The notes: generated by a model not told the origin, from the sequence alone. Positions 40,343-50,325 are shown, numbered from the stretch's first letter. The stretch is 64,000 nucleotides of DNA from an uncultured Gemmatimonadaceae bacterium (GCA_963716745.1 OY970320.1:1952001-2016000), one strand, 5' to 3'. A program made the numbers and translations.

Positions 40343-40375
40343 AAAACGGGGCCCGCCGCGAGTGCGACGGGCCCC
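40343..40375 (-). terminator. Terminator hairpin after array copy 4
   Basis: GGGGCCCGCCGC...GCGACGGGCCCC stem, TTTT tail on the minus strand. Confidence 0.72.
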
Positions 40376-40400
40376 TCTTCCACACACTCAAATTACGCGC

Positions 40401-40994
40401 TTAGTGCTTGTAGCCGATGCCGACGCCGATCTGGAAGAGTGACGCCTTTCCCTGGATGTCTTCGCCAGAGAGCGCTCCGCCGTACGTCGACTTGGAAAGC
40501 TGCACCATGTAGTTGGCGAACGGCTTCACGATGAAGCCGCCTTTCCCGATGGCCCAGTCGAATCCGACTCCGAGGCCGCCCGAGAAGCCACTCTCCGACG
40601 CTGACTCGCCGCCTTCACTCAGCTCACTCCCGCCGTAGCCGAGATTGACCTTCGCGAAGAAGTTGTTCTTCGGCATGGGGAACCAGGTGAGCACCGCCGA
40701 ATAGAAGCTGTTCGCGTTATTGAGCCCGTCGCAGCAGCTCGTCTTGGCATAGTTCCACTCGGCGCCTACGGCCCACTTCTGGTTCAACATCCAACCGGCC
40801 CCGACGTACCAAGTTCCGCCGCTGTTGGTCTTGGATTGACTCACGCTGCCCTGACTCTCGGTGAACGCGTTCGACCCATAGCCACCGCCGGCGCTGCCGT
40901 AGAAGCCCTGGCGGACCTCCGCCTGGGCGGAGACCGAGCTGGCCGTGAGAACTGCTGCTGTGGAGAGTGCTGCGAGGATCGCAAGCTTACGCAT
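40401..40994 (-). CDS. Outer-membrane beta-barrel protein, array copy 4
   Basis: Closest paralog of copy 3 (shared AQAEVRQGFY); loop SCCD. Confidence 0.85.
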   Translation of the reverse strand: MRKLAILAALSTAAVLTASSVSAQAEVRQGFYGSAGGGYGSNAFTESQGSVSQSKTNSGGTWYVGAGWMLNQKWAVGAEWNYAKTSCCDGLNNANSFYSAVLTWFPMPKNNFFAKVNLGYGGSELSEGGESASESGFSGGLGVGFDWAIGKGGFIVKPFANYMVQLSKSTYGGALSGEDIQGKASLFQIGVGIGYKH

Positions 40995-41140
40995 GGTGCC
41001 TCCTGCGAGGGTTGGTGCCGCGGCATTCGGGCCGAGGCAGAGTAGCGGGTACAGCCAAGGCGGTCTGTTCGCGACCGCCAATGCATCTGGCAAATTGACG
41101 CGGTGGCCTGCGCCGTGGTCACGGGCGCCAGTCTCGCAGG

Positions 41141-41178
41141 AAAAAGGGCCCGCCGCTCCGCGACGGGCCCCCTTTTTT
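41141..41178. terminator. Terminator hairpin after array copy 5 (A/T tracts on both sides)
   Basis: AAAAAGGGCCCGCCGC-TCC-GCGACGGGCCCCCTTTTTT. Confidence 0.78.
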
Positions 41179-41198
41179 CATTGCTCCAGCGAGCCGTT

Positions 41199-41810
41199 CT
41201 AGTGCTTGTAGCCGATCGCCACGCCGAACTGCATCAGCTGCGCGCGACCTTTGGCTCCCGTGAACGACTCCCCGCCGCTATACGTGGCGCTCGAGACTTG
41301 CGCCATGTAGTTGGCGAACGGCTTCACGATGAACCCGCCCTTGCCGATCTGCCAATCGTAACCGAAGCCCAGGCCGGCCGCGAAGCCGCCCTCGGTGTCA
41401 GATCCGGCGCCCGCGAACGACGCTTCGTTCTGGGCGTATCCGAGATTCAGCTTGAGGAAGAAATTGCCCGTGGGGCTCGGGTAGAACGTGGCCGCAGCGG
41501 TATAGAAGGAGTTGGTGAGGTGGATATTCCCGCCGCTGCAGAGATCACAGCTGCTCTTCATGTAGTTGAAGTCAATGCCGAACGCCCACTGTGGCTTCAC
41601 ACCGAGTCCGATCCCCGCGAACCACGTCGCCTCTTGTCCGGATGCGTCGACCTTGTCGCCGCCACCGAAGTCGACATTCGTGCTCTGCGCGCCGTATCCT
41701 CCGCCGACGCTGCCGTAGAACCCCTTGTGCGTATCGGTCTGCGCGGAGAGCGTGCTCGCCGCGAACATGCTTGCGAAACCCAGTGCTGCAATCATCGAAA
41801 GCTTTCTCAT
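41199..41810 (-). CDS. Outer-membrane beta-barrel protein, array copy 5
   Basis: Paralog; GYDWQIGKGGFIVKPFANY; ends AIGYKH; loop CDLC. Confidence 0.85.
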   Translation of the reverse strand: MRKLSMIAALGFASMFAASTLSAQTDTHKGFYGSVGGGYGAQSTNVDFGGGDKVDASGQEATWFAGIGLGVKPQWAFGIDFNYMKSSCDLCSGGNIHLTNSFYTAAATFYPSPTGNFFLKLNLGYAQNEASFAGAGSDTEGGFAAGLGFGYDWQIGKGGFIVKPFANYMAQVSSATYSGGESFTGAKGRAQLMQFGVAIGYKH

Positions 41811-41887
41811 GTTGGCTCCAAAAAAGGTGGCGTCAGTCAGTGGAACTCGAATTGGTCGAGTCCCGTTGGCTATGGTTGTCGTCGTGC

Positions 41888-42493
41888 TTAATGCTTGAAG
41901 CCGATTCCGACGCCGAACTGCAGCAGTTGCACGCGTCCCTTCTCGCCATCGCCCAGCGAACCGCTATACGTCGCCTCCGAGAACTGCGTCAGATAATTTG
42001 CGAACGGCTTCACAATGAAACCGCCCTTCCCGATCGCCCAGTCGTAGCCCATCCCAATCCCGCCCGCGAAACCGCCCTCGGTGGTCGAACCCTCGCCGCT
42101 GAACTCGGCCTTCGACGATCCGTAGCCGAGGTTGAGCTTGAGGAAGAAATTGTCCTTGGCATTCGGGTAGAACGTCGCTGCCGCCGTGTAGAACAGCGCC
42201 GAGTAGTGTTGCTCGCCGGCGCAGAAGGGGCAGCCTCCCTTCAGATAGTTGGCCTCGATGCCGAACGCCCACTTCGGCCGGAGTCCCCAGCCCACCTGTG
42301 CGTACCACGTTGTCGCCATGGACGAGATCAATCCGTCACTCTCGCCGTCGAACGTGAATGCCGTGCTTTGTGAACCGTAGCCGCCTCCGACACTCGCGTA
42401 TAGCCCGTGGTGCGTGTCCACTTGAGCAGACGCCGCGCTGGCGATGACCGCGGTGCCCATGACAGCTGCAACGATCAGGAGAAAACGACGCAT
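41888..42493 (-). CDS. Outer-membrane beta-barrel protein, array copy 6
   Basis: Closest paralog of copy 5 (DTH.G.Y.SVGGGYG.QST); loop CPFC; ends GIGFKH. Confidence 0.85.
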   Translation of the reverse strand: MRRFLLIVAAVMGTAVIASAASAQVDTHHGLYASVGGGYGSQSTAFTFDGESDGLISSMATTWYAQVGWGLRPKWAFGIEANYLKGGCPFCAGEQHYSALFYTAAATFYPNAKDNFFLKLNLGYGSSKAEFSGEGSTTEGGFAGGIGMGYDWAIGKGGFIVKPFANYLTQFSEATYSGSLGDGEKGRVQLLQFGVGIGFKH

Positions 42494-42666
42494 GGTGCCT
42501 CCTGCGAGGGTTATTGCCCCGCTGTGCTGGCCGGGATGGCCACGGGGGGATTGGTGGGCGACCGCTAGACGTGGGCCGCCCTCCTACAGCGAAATGACGA
42601 ATGTAGAATGGGGAAGTTTCGGTTTTCTCTAATCTTTCTAATGCGAGCTTCCGGGGGCCATTTTCC

Positions 42667-43579
42667 CTATGCGGGCACCGTTCCCTCGGGCGCTTCCGAG
42701 ACGCCCTTCATGGCGGCGCGCAGGAGGCCCGCCGCCGTGTAAACGACGACGATGATCACCAGCCACCGCACCGCCGCGAGCGGCAAGCTCTTCACGATGA
42801 ACGCGGCGATCAACACGGCCGGAATGCTCCCGATCACGAGTCCGAGCGAGGCGCCAAGGTCGAACCGCCGGGCGCGCATGAACCGGTCGCTCGCTACCGG
42901 CATCAAGAACGCGCACGACCCCATCATGATCGGGAACGCCGCCACCGGATTCATTCCCAGCATGCTCACGAGGATCAGGCACGGCGCGTAGAGCCCGATC
43001 CCAAGGGTCATGAGCGCGCCCAGACGTCATGTTCACGACAATGGCGATGATGAGCTTGGTCCCCGTGAGCGCCAGGAGTTCGCCGCCCGACGGCACGAGT
43101 CCCAGCACACCGAGCAGCATGATGATCGCCGCCGCGAGCAGACACGCGCCCATGCCGATCTGGATGCGGCGCCTTGGCCAACTCGACACGATGCCGGCGC
43201 CGAGGAACGCGCCCGCCACGGCTGCGCCGATCATGAGGATCAGTGTGCGCGCGTCCACCGGTACGAGCTTCGTGAAGATGAACGCCTGCGTGATCGCGCC
43301 AATCGTGTGCCCGACGTTCAGCGTGCCCGGCACGAGTTCATCCCGCACCATCTTCCACTGGCGAAAGATCGCCGTGGTCGTCGCGAAGGATCCGATTCCG
43401 AGGGTATCGAAGAAGTTGGTGACGAATCCCGTGCCCACGGTGGCGGCATTCGGCGCGTGCGCGGCGCCGGCCATCGGATCGGCCCGGTCGACGCGAATGG
43501 CCACGTACAGGCGATAGAAATACCACGCCGTGAACGCGGCGAGTGCCAGGAGTAGGATGTCCTTCGCGTCGAAATTCAT
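42667..43579 (-). CDS. TauE/SafE (sulfite exporter-like) permease; frameshift near 43020
   Basis: FFDTLGIGSFATT, PGTLNVG in one frame; LMTLGIGLYAPC...AFPIMMGSCAFL in another. Confidence 0.8.
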
Positions 43580-43705
43580 TCCGCCTCGGGGAAAGTAGGA
43601 CGTGAAGGCGAGTGGGGAATTTCAGCAGGAATTCCCCACTCGCCGTCTAGATTCTGGCATTGGCACCGTTCGCGCGCCAGAGCGGCGTGCGGCATATTGG
43701 CGCGC

Positions 43706-44842
43706 ATGCGCTCCTTCCTCGCCTGCCTTCTCGCGCTCTCGGCGTTCGTCGCGCTGCCCTGTCGTGCGCAAGAGCCGATGCTGCCGCCCAAGATCGACAA
43801 GCAGCACGATCCCAACGACTGGGAGTCGTACTACGACATCGGTGTCGATCAGCTGCCCCGCATGGCGAGCAAAGCCGATGCGGCGTTCTACTGGGCGTCG
43901 CGCCACGACCCCACGCGCGCCGAGCCGATCTTCGGGCGGTGGGTGGCCTTCTGGATGGCGGACATCAGCGAATGGCAGGACTATCGCGAAGGCAGCCCGC
44001 GCGTCGTCGAACAGCACCAAACGCTCGCCGCGGACTCGCTGCGATACCACTCCTGGGAACGGAACCCGTTCGTGAACGAAGCGCTCGTCGCGCTCCTCGA
44101 TTCGAAAGCGTACGGCACCGCGTACGCCGCGGACCTCCAGTCGCAAGGCTGGGTGAACTACGTCAACCAGCGCTATCAGGACGCGATCACGAAGTACACG
44201 GCGGCCCTGGGCGACGGCACGAAGGAGCGGTATCTGATCCACTTCGAGATCGCGCTCGTGTATACTCAAATGGCGCGGTACGACAGCGCCACATGGCACA
44301 TCGAGCGCTTGCTCGAGGCGATGCGGCGCGACGATCGAAAGAACATCGTGTATCTCTACAACTCGAAGGAGATGTTCGAGTACGCGCTTGGGCTCCTCTA
44401 TGCCTCGCAGGGGAAGACGGCCGAGGCGCGTGAGGCGCAGGCGCGCGCGCTCCAGGAGAATCTCGGGTTCGCGCCGGCGCACGCGGAGCTCGGACGCCTC
44501 GCACGGCTGCGCAACGATGACCGCACGGCGGCGGAGGAGTACGGTCTCGCCGTGGAGCTCGCGCCGGCCGATGGCGCGATGCGCTACTGGTACGGCAAAG
44601 CGCTGCTGCGCTCGAAGCGCACGGACGAAGCCACGGAACAGCTCCGCACCGCGGTGCGCTTGGAGCCATACTTCGCCGATCCGTATCTCACGCTCGGCGC
44701 GGCGTATGAAGCGAAGAGCGACAGCATGAAGGCGATCGCCTCGTACCAGGAATTCGTGAAACGCGCCCCGCGCCGCGCCGCCGAGAACATCGCGTTCGCC
44801 ACCGGGCGCATCGTGGAACTCGGCGGCAAGCCCCCGTCTTAG
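43706..44842 (+). CDS. Secreted TPR-repeat protein, paralog of 813..2069
   Basis: Signal peptide; shared motifs AFYWA...P, DSLR.....NPF, Y.SK, APAH; TPR repeats. Confidence 0.85.
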   Translation: MRSFLACLLALSAFVALPCRAQEPMLPPKIDKQHDPNDWESYYDIGVDQLPRMASKADAAFYWASRHDPTRAEPIFGRWVAFWMADISEWQDYREGSPRVVEQHQTLAADSLRYHSWERNPFVNEALVALLDSKAYGTAYAADLQSQGWVNYVNQRYQDAITKYTAALGDGTKERYLIHFEIALVYTQMARYDSATWHIERLLEAMRRDDRKNIVYLYNSKEMFEYALGLLYASQGKTAEAREAQARALQENLGFAPAHAELGRLARLRNDDRTAAEEYGLAVELAPADGAMRYWYGKALLRSKRTDEATEQLRTAVRLEPYFADPYLTLGAAYEAKSDSMKAIASYQEFVKRAPRRAAENIAFATGRIVELGGKPPS

Positions 44843-44870
44843 AGTTATTCCCTTCGCGACGGTACTCCAC

Positions 44871-45398
44871 ATGGCCACCGACCCGCGTTACCCGATCGGG
44901 AAATTCTCGCCTCCAACGACGTTCACGCCGGAGCTGCGTCTCCGGAACGTCGCCGACATCGCGGCCGCGCCGGCCGCATTGAAGGCGGCGGTGAACGGCC
45001 TCAGCGCTGCGCAGCTGGATACGGCATACCGCGACGGAGGCTGGACCGTCCGGCAGGTCGCGCACCACCTGGCGGACAGTCATGCCAACGCGTATGTCCG
45101 CGTGCGATTCGCGCTCACCGAGAATGCGCCCGCCATCAAAGCGTACGAGGAGGCGGATTGGGCCAAACTCCCCGACGCCATGAGCGCTCCGGTGGAGCAC
45201 TCGGTGGCGCTCGTGGACGCGCTGCACGCGCGGTGGGTGGCGCTGCTTCGCGCGCTCACTCCCGCGCAGTGGGCGCGCACGTACACGCACCCGCAGAACG
45301 GCGTCGTCTCACTCGATTGGGTGGCGTCGCAATACGCGTGGCACGGAAAACATCACGTGGCACAGATCAATACCCTGCGGAGCAGGGAGGGATGGTGA
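44871..45398 (+). CDS. YfiT/BstA-like DinB-superfamily metal-dependent thiol transferase
   Basis: DPRYPIGKF, YRDGGWTVRQVAHHLADSH, YAWHGKHHVAQI. Confidence 0.88.
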   Translation: MATDPRYPIGKFSPPTTFTPELRLRNVADIAAAPAALKAAVNGLSAAQLDTAYRDGGWTVRQVAHHLADSHANAYVRVRFALTENAPAIKAYEEADWAKLPDAMSAPVEHSVALVDALHARWVALLRALTPAQWARTYTHPQNGVVSLDWVASQYAWHGKHHVAQINTLRSREGW

Positions 45399-45401
45399 AG
45401 G

Positions 45402-45473
45402 CGTGCATGGTGCTTCGTGCATCGTGCCTCGGCTCTGCTCTCCTCGTTGCTCGTCGATGCACGATGCACGATG
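45402..45473. repeat. Inverted heptamer tracts (CGTGCAT-like / GATGCAC)n
   Basis: Degenerate CGTGCAT units at 45402-45427 and GATGCAC units at 45456-45473. Confidence 0.6.
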
Positions 45474-46496
45474 AGCGCGAGTAGACCCCGCATCGTTCCC
45501 GCCGAGGAGGAGAAGGACCTCGGCTTCGGGTCGGTGGTCGCGAACGAGCGCGGCCATCGGCTGCTGAATCGCGACGGGACGTTCAACGTCGCGCGCGATG
45601 GGCTCAGCGCGGCGGAATCGCTGAGCCCCTATCACTGGCTGCTCACGATGTCGTGGGCGCGCTTCTTCGCATTGCTGACGGCGCTCTATCTCGTGGCGAA
45701 CGCGCTGTTCGCGGTGGGATATCTGCTGTGCGGCGCCGGCGCGCTCGCATCGCCGCCGACGGGGATGCCGGAAGGGCGTTTCCTGCAGGCGTTCTTCTTC
45801 TCGGTGGAGACGTTCGCGACGATCGGATACGGGAACATCTATCCCGTGGGCACCGTCCCGAACATGCTGATGACGCTGGAGTCGATCGCGGGGTTGATGG
45901 CGGTCGCGCTCGCTACGGGTATCGTGTTCGCGCGATTCGCGCGCCCGCAGGTGCGCATCCGGTTCAGCCGTCGCGCGATCATCGCGCCGTATCGCGGGAT
46001 CACCGCGTTCGAATTCCGGATCGCGAACGAGCGCAACACGCAGATGGTGGAGTTGCAGGCGAAGGTGCTGCTCAGCCGCTTCGAGATGAAGAACGGACAC
46101 CCCTCGCGCCAGTTCCGTGAGCTCGCGCTGGAGCGGCGCCAGGTGGTGTTCTTCCCGCTGTCATGGACGATCGTGCATCCGATCGACGAGACGAGCCCGC
46201 TCTACGGCCTCACGCACGACGACCTGGTGCGGAGCGACGCCGAGTTCCTGATCCTGCTCAGCGGCTACGACGAGACGTTCGCGACGACGCTGCACACGCG
46301 CACATCCTACCGCGCGGATGAGATCGACTGGGATGCCCGTTTCAAGAGCATCTACACGACGCCGGGCGACGGGGGCATCATCCGGATCGACGTCGGGAAG
46401 CTGGACGAGGTGGAGCACGGCGCAGGGGCGGAGACGCAGCACACGCACCGGGCGTCGGTGATCGATAATCCGCCGATCAGGTGGCCGAGCATTTAA
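45471..46496 (+). CDS. Inward-rectifier potassium channel (KirBac family)
   Basis: AFFFSVETFATIGYG selectivity filter, FARFARP, FRIANER, SWTIVHPIDETSPLYG. Confidence 0.93.
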   Translation: MSASRPRIVPAEEEKDLGFGSVVANERGHRLLNRDGTFNVARDGLSAAESLSPYHWLLTMSWARFFALLTALYLVANALFAVGYLLCGAGALASPPTGMPEGRFLQAFFFSVETFATIGYGNIYPVGTVPNMLMTLESIAGLMAVALATGIVFARFARPQVRIRFSRRAIIAPYRGITAFEFRIANERNTQMVELQAKVLLSRFEMKNGHPSRQFRELALERRQVVFFPLSWTIVHPIDETSPLYGLTHDDLVRSDAEFLILLSGYDETFATTLHTRTSYRADEIDWDARFKSIYTTPGDGGIIRIDVGKLDEVEHGAGAETQHTHRASVIDNPPIRWPSI

Positions 46497-46499
46497 CGG

Positions 46500-46605
46500 C
46501 GCGGGAAGCGGGACGCGGGACGCGCCGCGGGAAGCGATGAACTGCGCGAGGAGCCCCCGCGCTGTTTACGCATCCCGCGGCGCTTCCCGAGTCCCGCTTC
46601 CCGCG
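46500..46605. repeat. Palindromic element with ~37-bp imperfect inverted arms of GGGAAGC-type heptamers
   Basis: Arm 46500-46536 matches the reverse complement of 46569-46605 with about 3 mismatches; lies between convergent genes. Confidence 0.85.
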
Positions 46606-46609
46606 TAGT

Positions 46610-47500
46610 TCAGTCCTGCACCGCCATGCCCATCGCGTGGTATCCCTTGTCCACGTAGAGCACGGTGCCCGTGATCCCGGAGGCGAGCGGGGAGCTGAGA
46701 AACGCCGCCGCTGCGCCGACTTCAGATGCCTTCAGCGGTTCAGTCAGCGGAGCGTTGTGCGAGACGTAGGCGACCATCTTCTCGATGATGCCGATCGCGC
46801 TCGCGGCGCGTGAAGCGAGCGGGCCGGCGGAGATGCAGTTGACGCGCACACCATGGGCGCGGCCCGCCTCGTACGCGAGCACGCGCGTGTCGCTCTCGAG
46901 CGCGGCCTTGGCGGTGGACATGCCGCCGCCGTAGCCGGGGATCACGCGTTCGCTCGCCATGTAGGTGAGCGAGCAGAACGATCCGCCCGGGCGCATGAGC
47001 GGCGCGAGCCGGTTCACCATCGCGACGAGCGAATACGCACTCACGCTGATCGCCGTGAGATATCCGGCGCGGCTCGTCTCGAGCAGCGGCTTCTTCACTT
47101 CGGGCCCGTTCGCGAGCGAATGGAACACGATGTCGAGCGGGCGCTCGCCGAGGTCGGCCACCAGGCGCGCCGCCATCCCCTCGATCGAGAAGTCGCCGGT
47201 GTCCTTGTAGCGCTTGTTCTCGCGGATCTCGGCCGGCGCTTCGCCGAGGTTCGTGAACGCGGCATCCAGCGGGTAGATCTTCTCGAATTGCAGCAGCTGC
47301 CCGTTCGACAGTTTGCGTGACTCGTCCATCTTCCCGCGCTCGATGAGGTTCAGGAAGATGTTGAGCGCGGGGGGCCAGGTACCAACGACAACTGAGGCTC
47401 CTGCTTCGGCGAGCGCATGCGCGACGGCGAAGCCGAAGCCGGCGTCGTCGGCGACGCCGGCTACGAGGGCGCGTTTACCTCTAAGGTCGATGTTCAGCAT
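46610..47500 (-). CDS. fabI: Enoyl-ACP reductase (plastid/chlamydial-like FabI)
   Basis: AGVADDAGFG, GTWPP, HSLANGPEV, YGGGMSTAKAALESD, ISAGPLASRAA. Confidence 0.9.
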   Translation of the reverse strand: MLNIDLRGKRALVAGVADDAGFGFAVAHALAEAGASVVVGTWPPALNIFLNLIERGKMDESRKLSNGQLLQFEKIYPLDAAFTNLGEAPAEIRENKRYKDTGDFSIEGMAARLVADLGERPLDIVFHSLANGPEVKKPLLETSRAGYLTAISVSAYSLVAMVNRLAPLMRPGGSFCSLTYMASERVIPGYGGGMSTAKAALESDTRVLAYEAGRAHGVRVNCISAGPLASRAASAIGIIEKMVAYVSHNAPLTEPLKASEVGAAAAFLSSPLASGITGTVLYVDKGYHAMGMAVQD

Positions 47501-47512
47501 GCGTCAATTATG

Positions 47513-47624
47513 ACGCGGGAAGCGGGAAGCGGGAAGCGCCGCGGGATGTCGAGAACCGTGACGCGAGAGCGACGCCGTTTCCCGCGCGGTTAACGCGGCG
47601 CTTCCCGCTTCCCGCTTCCCGCGT
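47513..47624. repeat. Palindromic element with perfect 31-bp inverted arms, (GGGAAGC)3 core
   Basis: ACGCGGGAAGCGGGAAGCGGGAAGCGCCGCG at 47513-47543 and its exact reverse complement at 47594-47624. Confidence 0.9.
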
Positions 47625-49057
47625 TCGAGTCCCGCGCGAATTCCCCCACCATCGCGATGAGCTCGACCATATCGGATTCCCGCGTCCGATGCCCAATGGG
47701 ACAGATGCGCAGCGAGAACGCGCCGCGCACGCGCGTGGATGAGATGAAGAATTTCCCGCGCGGCGTTCACGCGCTGGAGGATGCGCTCGTTCAGCGCGTC
47801 GAGCTGGGACGCCGGCACGCCGGCGGGCGCCGCGCGGAAGCACAGGATGCCCAGCGTCGCCGGCGCCAGCACCTCGAGATCGCGAGTCGCCCGCACTTCG
47901 CGCTCGGCCACCGGCGCCAGACCCAGGCTGTACTCGATCGCGGCGGCGAGCGCGTCGGTGCCGTAGTACTGCACGTTGAGCCACACCTTGATGCCGCGCG
48001 CCATGCGCGAGAGCTGCTCGCCGTAGTCCGCGAAATTCACTTCCCCGCCGCTCGTCTCGGTGTCCTTGAGATACTCCGGCAAGATGTGGAACGCGGCCTT
48101 GAGACGGCGCGGGTCCCGCGCGATCAGGCAGCCGCATTCGAACGGCACGTACAGCCACTTGTGCGGATCGAGCGTGACGGAGTCGGCGCGCTCGAGTCCC
48201 GCGAGCGCCTCGCGGCCGCGCGGTGCGAGCACGGCGAATCCACCATACGCGGCGTCCACGTGCATCCAGATCTTCTCGCGGGCGCACAGATCGGCGATCG
48301 CGTGCAGCGGATCCACGGCACCGGTGTTCGTCGTGCCGGCGTTCGCGGCCACCATGAGTGGGATCATTCCTTTCGCCCGGTCGTCGGCGATCGCGCGCTC
48401 GAGGTCGCCCGTGCGCAAACGGAAATCGGCGTCGCACGCGAGCAGGCGCACGTTCGCGCGCGGCACGCCCGCCATCCACGCGGCGCGCGCGACGCTCGAA
48501 TGCGATTGATCCGACGTGTACAGCGTGAGCCGCGCGATCCGCGTTGCATCGTCGCCCACCGCCTCATGCCGCGCGGCGACCACTGCGGTGAGATTCGCCC
48601 CCGAACCGCCGTTCGTGAGCAGCCCGCTCGCTCCGGCCGGCATGCCGATCCATGCGCGCACCCAGTCGAGCACGACGATCTCGACCTCGCTCGGCCCGCC
48701 GGCGATCTGCCATGCGCCGCCGAAGAAATTGTAGCCCGTCGCGAGCCAGTCGCCGAGCACAGCCGGAAAGGCCGGCGAGCTCGGCACGTACGCGATGAAG
48801 CCGGGGTGCGGCTCGAGCGCGGCGTTCTTGAACACGCGCTCGCGCAGCGTCGTCAGGATCGTCTCGAAGTCGCCTCGCGCGCGCGGCGCCGGACCTGCGA
48901 TCAGCCGGTCGGCCTCGGCGCGCGTGATCGCGGTGTACGCCGGCTTCGAACGCAGCGACGCGAGGTGGTCCGCGACAATGTCGGCAACGCGCCGCCCATG
49001 CGCGCGCATCGTGGCTTCGTCGAGATCGAGATTCGCCAGCGGAGACGGATCGGCCAT
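47590..49057 (-). CDS. Group II PLP-dependent decarboxylase (aromatic amino acid decarboxylase-like); frameshift near 47757
   Basis: GGSGAN, SDQSHSS, AGTTNTGAVD, HVDAAYGG, DPHKW (PLP Lys); C-terminus FISSTRVRGAFSLRIC is in a shifted frame ending at TAA 47590. Confidence 0.88.
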
Positions 49058-49130
49058 GAGATTCTACGGGGTGGGTGGCACGCGGTGTCGTGCGCCATAG
49101 CTTACTCGGCGTGACCGACCGCGACCAGCG

Positions 49131-50325
49131 ATGACCCTCACGACTCCCGAGTCCCGGCTCCCAAGTCCCGCGATCACCCGGCGCTCCAGCGCGCTCTTCA
49201 CGCGCGGACTGTGGCGGACCGCTATGGCGGCGGCGTCCGACGGCAACACCGTGGGCCTCCTTCGCGATGGACCCGAGACCTTCGATGCGATGATCGCCGC
49301 CATCGACGCCGCGGAGCACCGCGTCTCGCTGGAGACGTACCTGATGGTGAGCGACAAGACTGGGCAGCGCTTCGGCGACGCCTTCGTGCGCGCGGCCCGT
49401 CGCGGCGTGCAAGTGCGCGTGATGGCCGATTGGGTCGGCAGCCGCGGCGTGACGGGCCAGTTCTGGCGCAGCTTGCGTGACGAGCGTGTGGAAGCGCGGA
49501 TCTTCAACCCGCCCGGTCTGCACCGGTGGCTGGGCGTGATCCCGCGCGATCACCGCAAGGTGTTCGTGGTGGACGATCGCATCGCGATCACTGGCGGGAT
49601 CGGCATCGCCGACCTGTGGCGCGGCACGGTACGACGCAGCCGGCGCGCGGCGTGGCGCGATACCGGCGTGCGCATCGAAGGACCGGCGGCCGTCGACATG
49701 ACCAGTGCGTTCGACACCATGTGGCGGCGTGCCGCCGGCGAGGAACCGCGCTACAAATGGCGCGCGATACGCGAGTGCGCGCGGCTCGGCCGTGGATCCC
49801 GACAACGCGAACGGCGCGGTAGTGGGGATCATCGAGGGCGAGCCCTGGCGCATGCGGCTCGCGCGCACCTACAACCTGCTCGCCACCGCGGCGCAGCGCA
49901 GTTTCTGGCTCGCCAGCGCCTACTTCTTCCCGTCCGACGCACAGATGGAATCGCTCGCGATCGCCGCGATGGACGGCGTAGACGTGCGCATCCTCGTGCC
50001 GGGCGCGTCGGACCATCCGTGGTTCGCGCGGCTCACGTCGCGCACCTACCCATATCTGCTTGCCGCCGGGGTGAAGATCTGGGAATGGAAGGGCGAGATG
50101 ATGCACGCGAAGTTCGGCGTGATCGATGGACAATGGGTGCGCGTGGGATCCACCGATTTCAACGTGCTCGGCGTGCAGGTGAACTACGAGATCGACGCCG
50201 TGATCCAGGACACGGTGCTCGCCGCCGCCGCCGAGAAGATGTTCGAAGAGGATCTCGCGAACTCCACGCCGGTCATGCGACGGCCCAGCCGCGGCATCCC
50301 GGTGCTGCCCGGCACCACGCCGTGA
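49131..50325 (+). CDS. cls: Cardiolipin synthase / phospholipase D family; frameshift near 49775
   Basis: Two HKD motifs, RDHRKVFVVD and MHAKFGVID..GSTDFN, in different frames. Confidence 0.82.

Noticed and set aside
38836..41178. Recurrent GGGCCCG hairpins as a CRISPR array or as integron attC sites
   Set aside because: They are spaced 700-800 bp apart by paralogous genes, look like terminators, lack attC-type ends, and there is no cas or intI gene
38155..42493. Diversity-generating retroelement or shufflon acting on the barrel array
   Set aside because: No reverse transcriptase or recombinase in the window, all copies are co-oriented, and differences are not adenine-specific by eye
43660..43676. 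Sigma-54-like TGGCAC-N5-GCGC upstream of the TPR gene
   Set aside because: The -12 element lacks TTGC; such matches are expected by chance in GC-rich DNA
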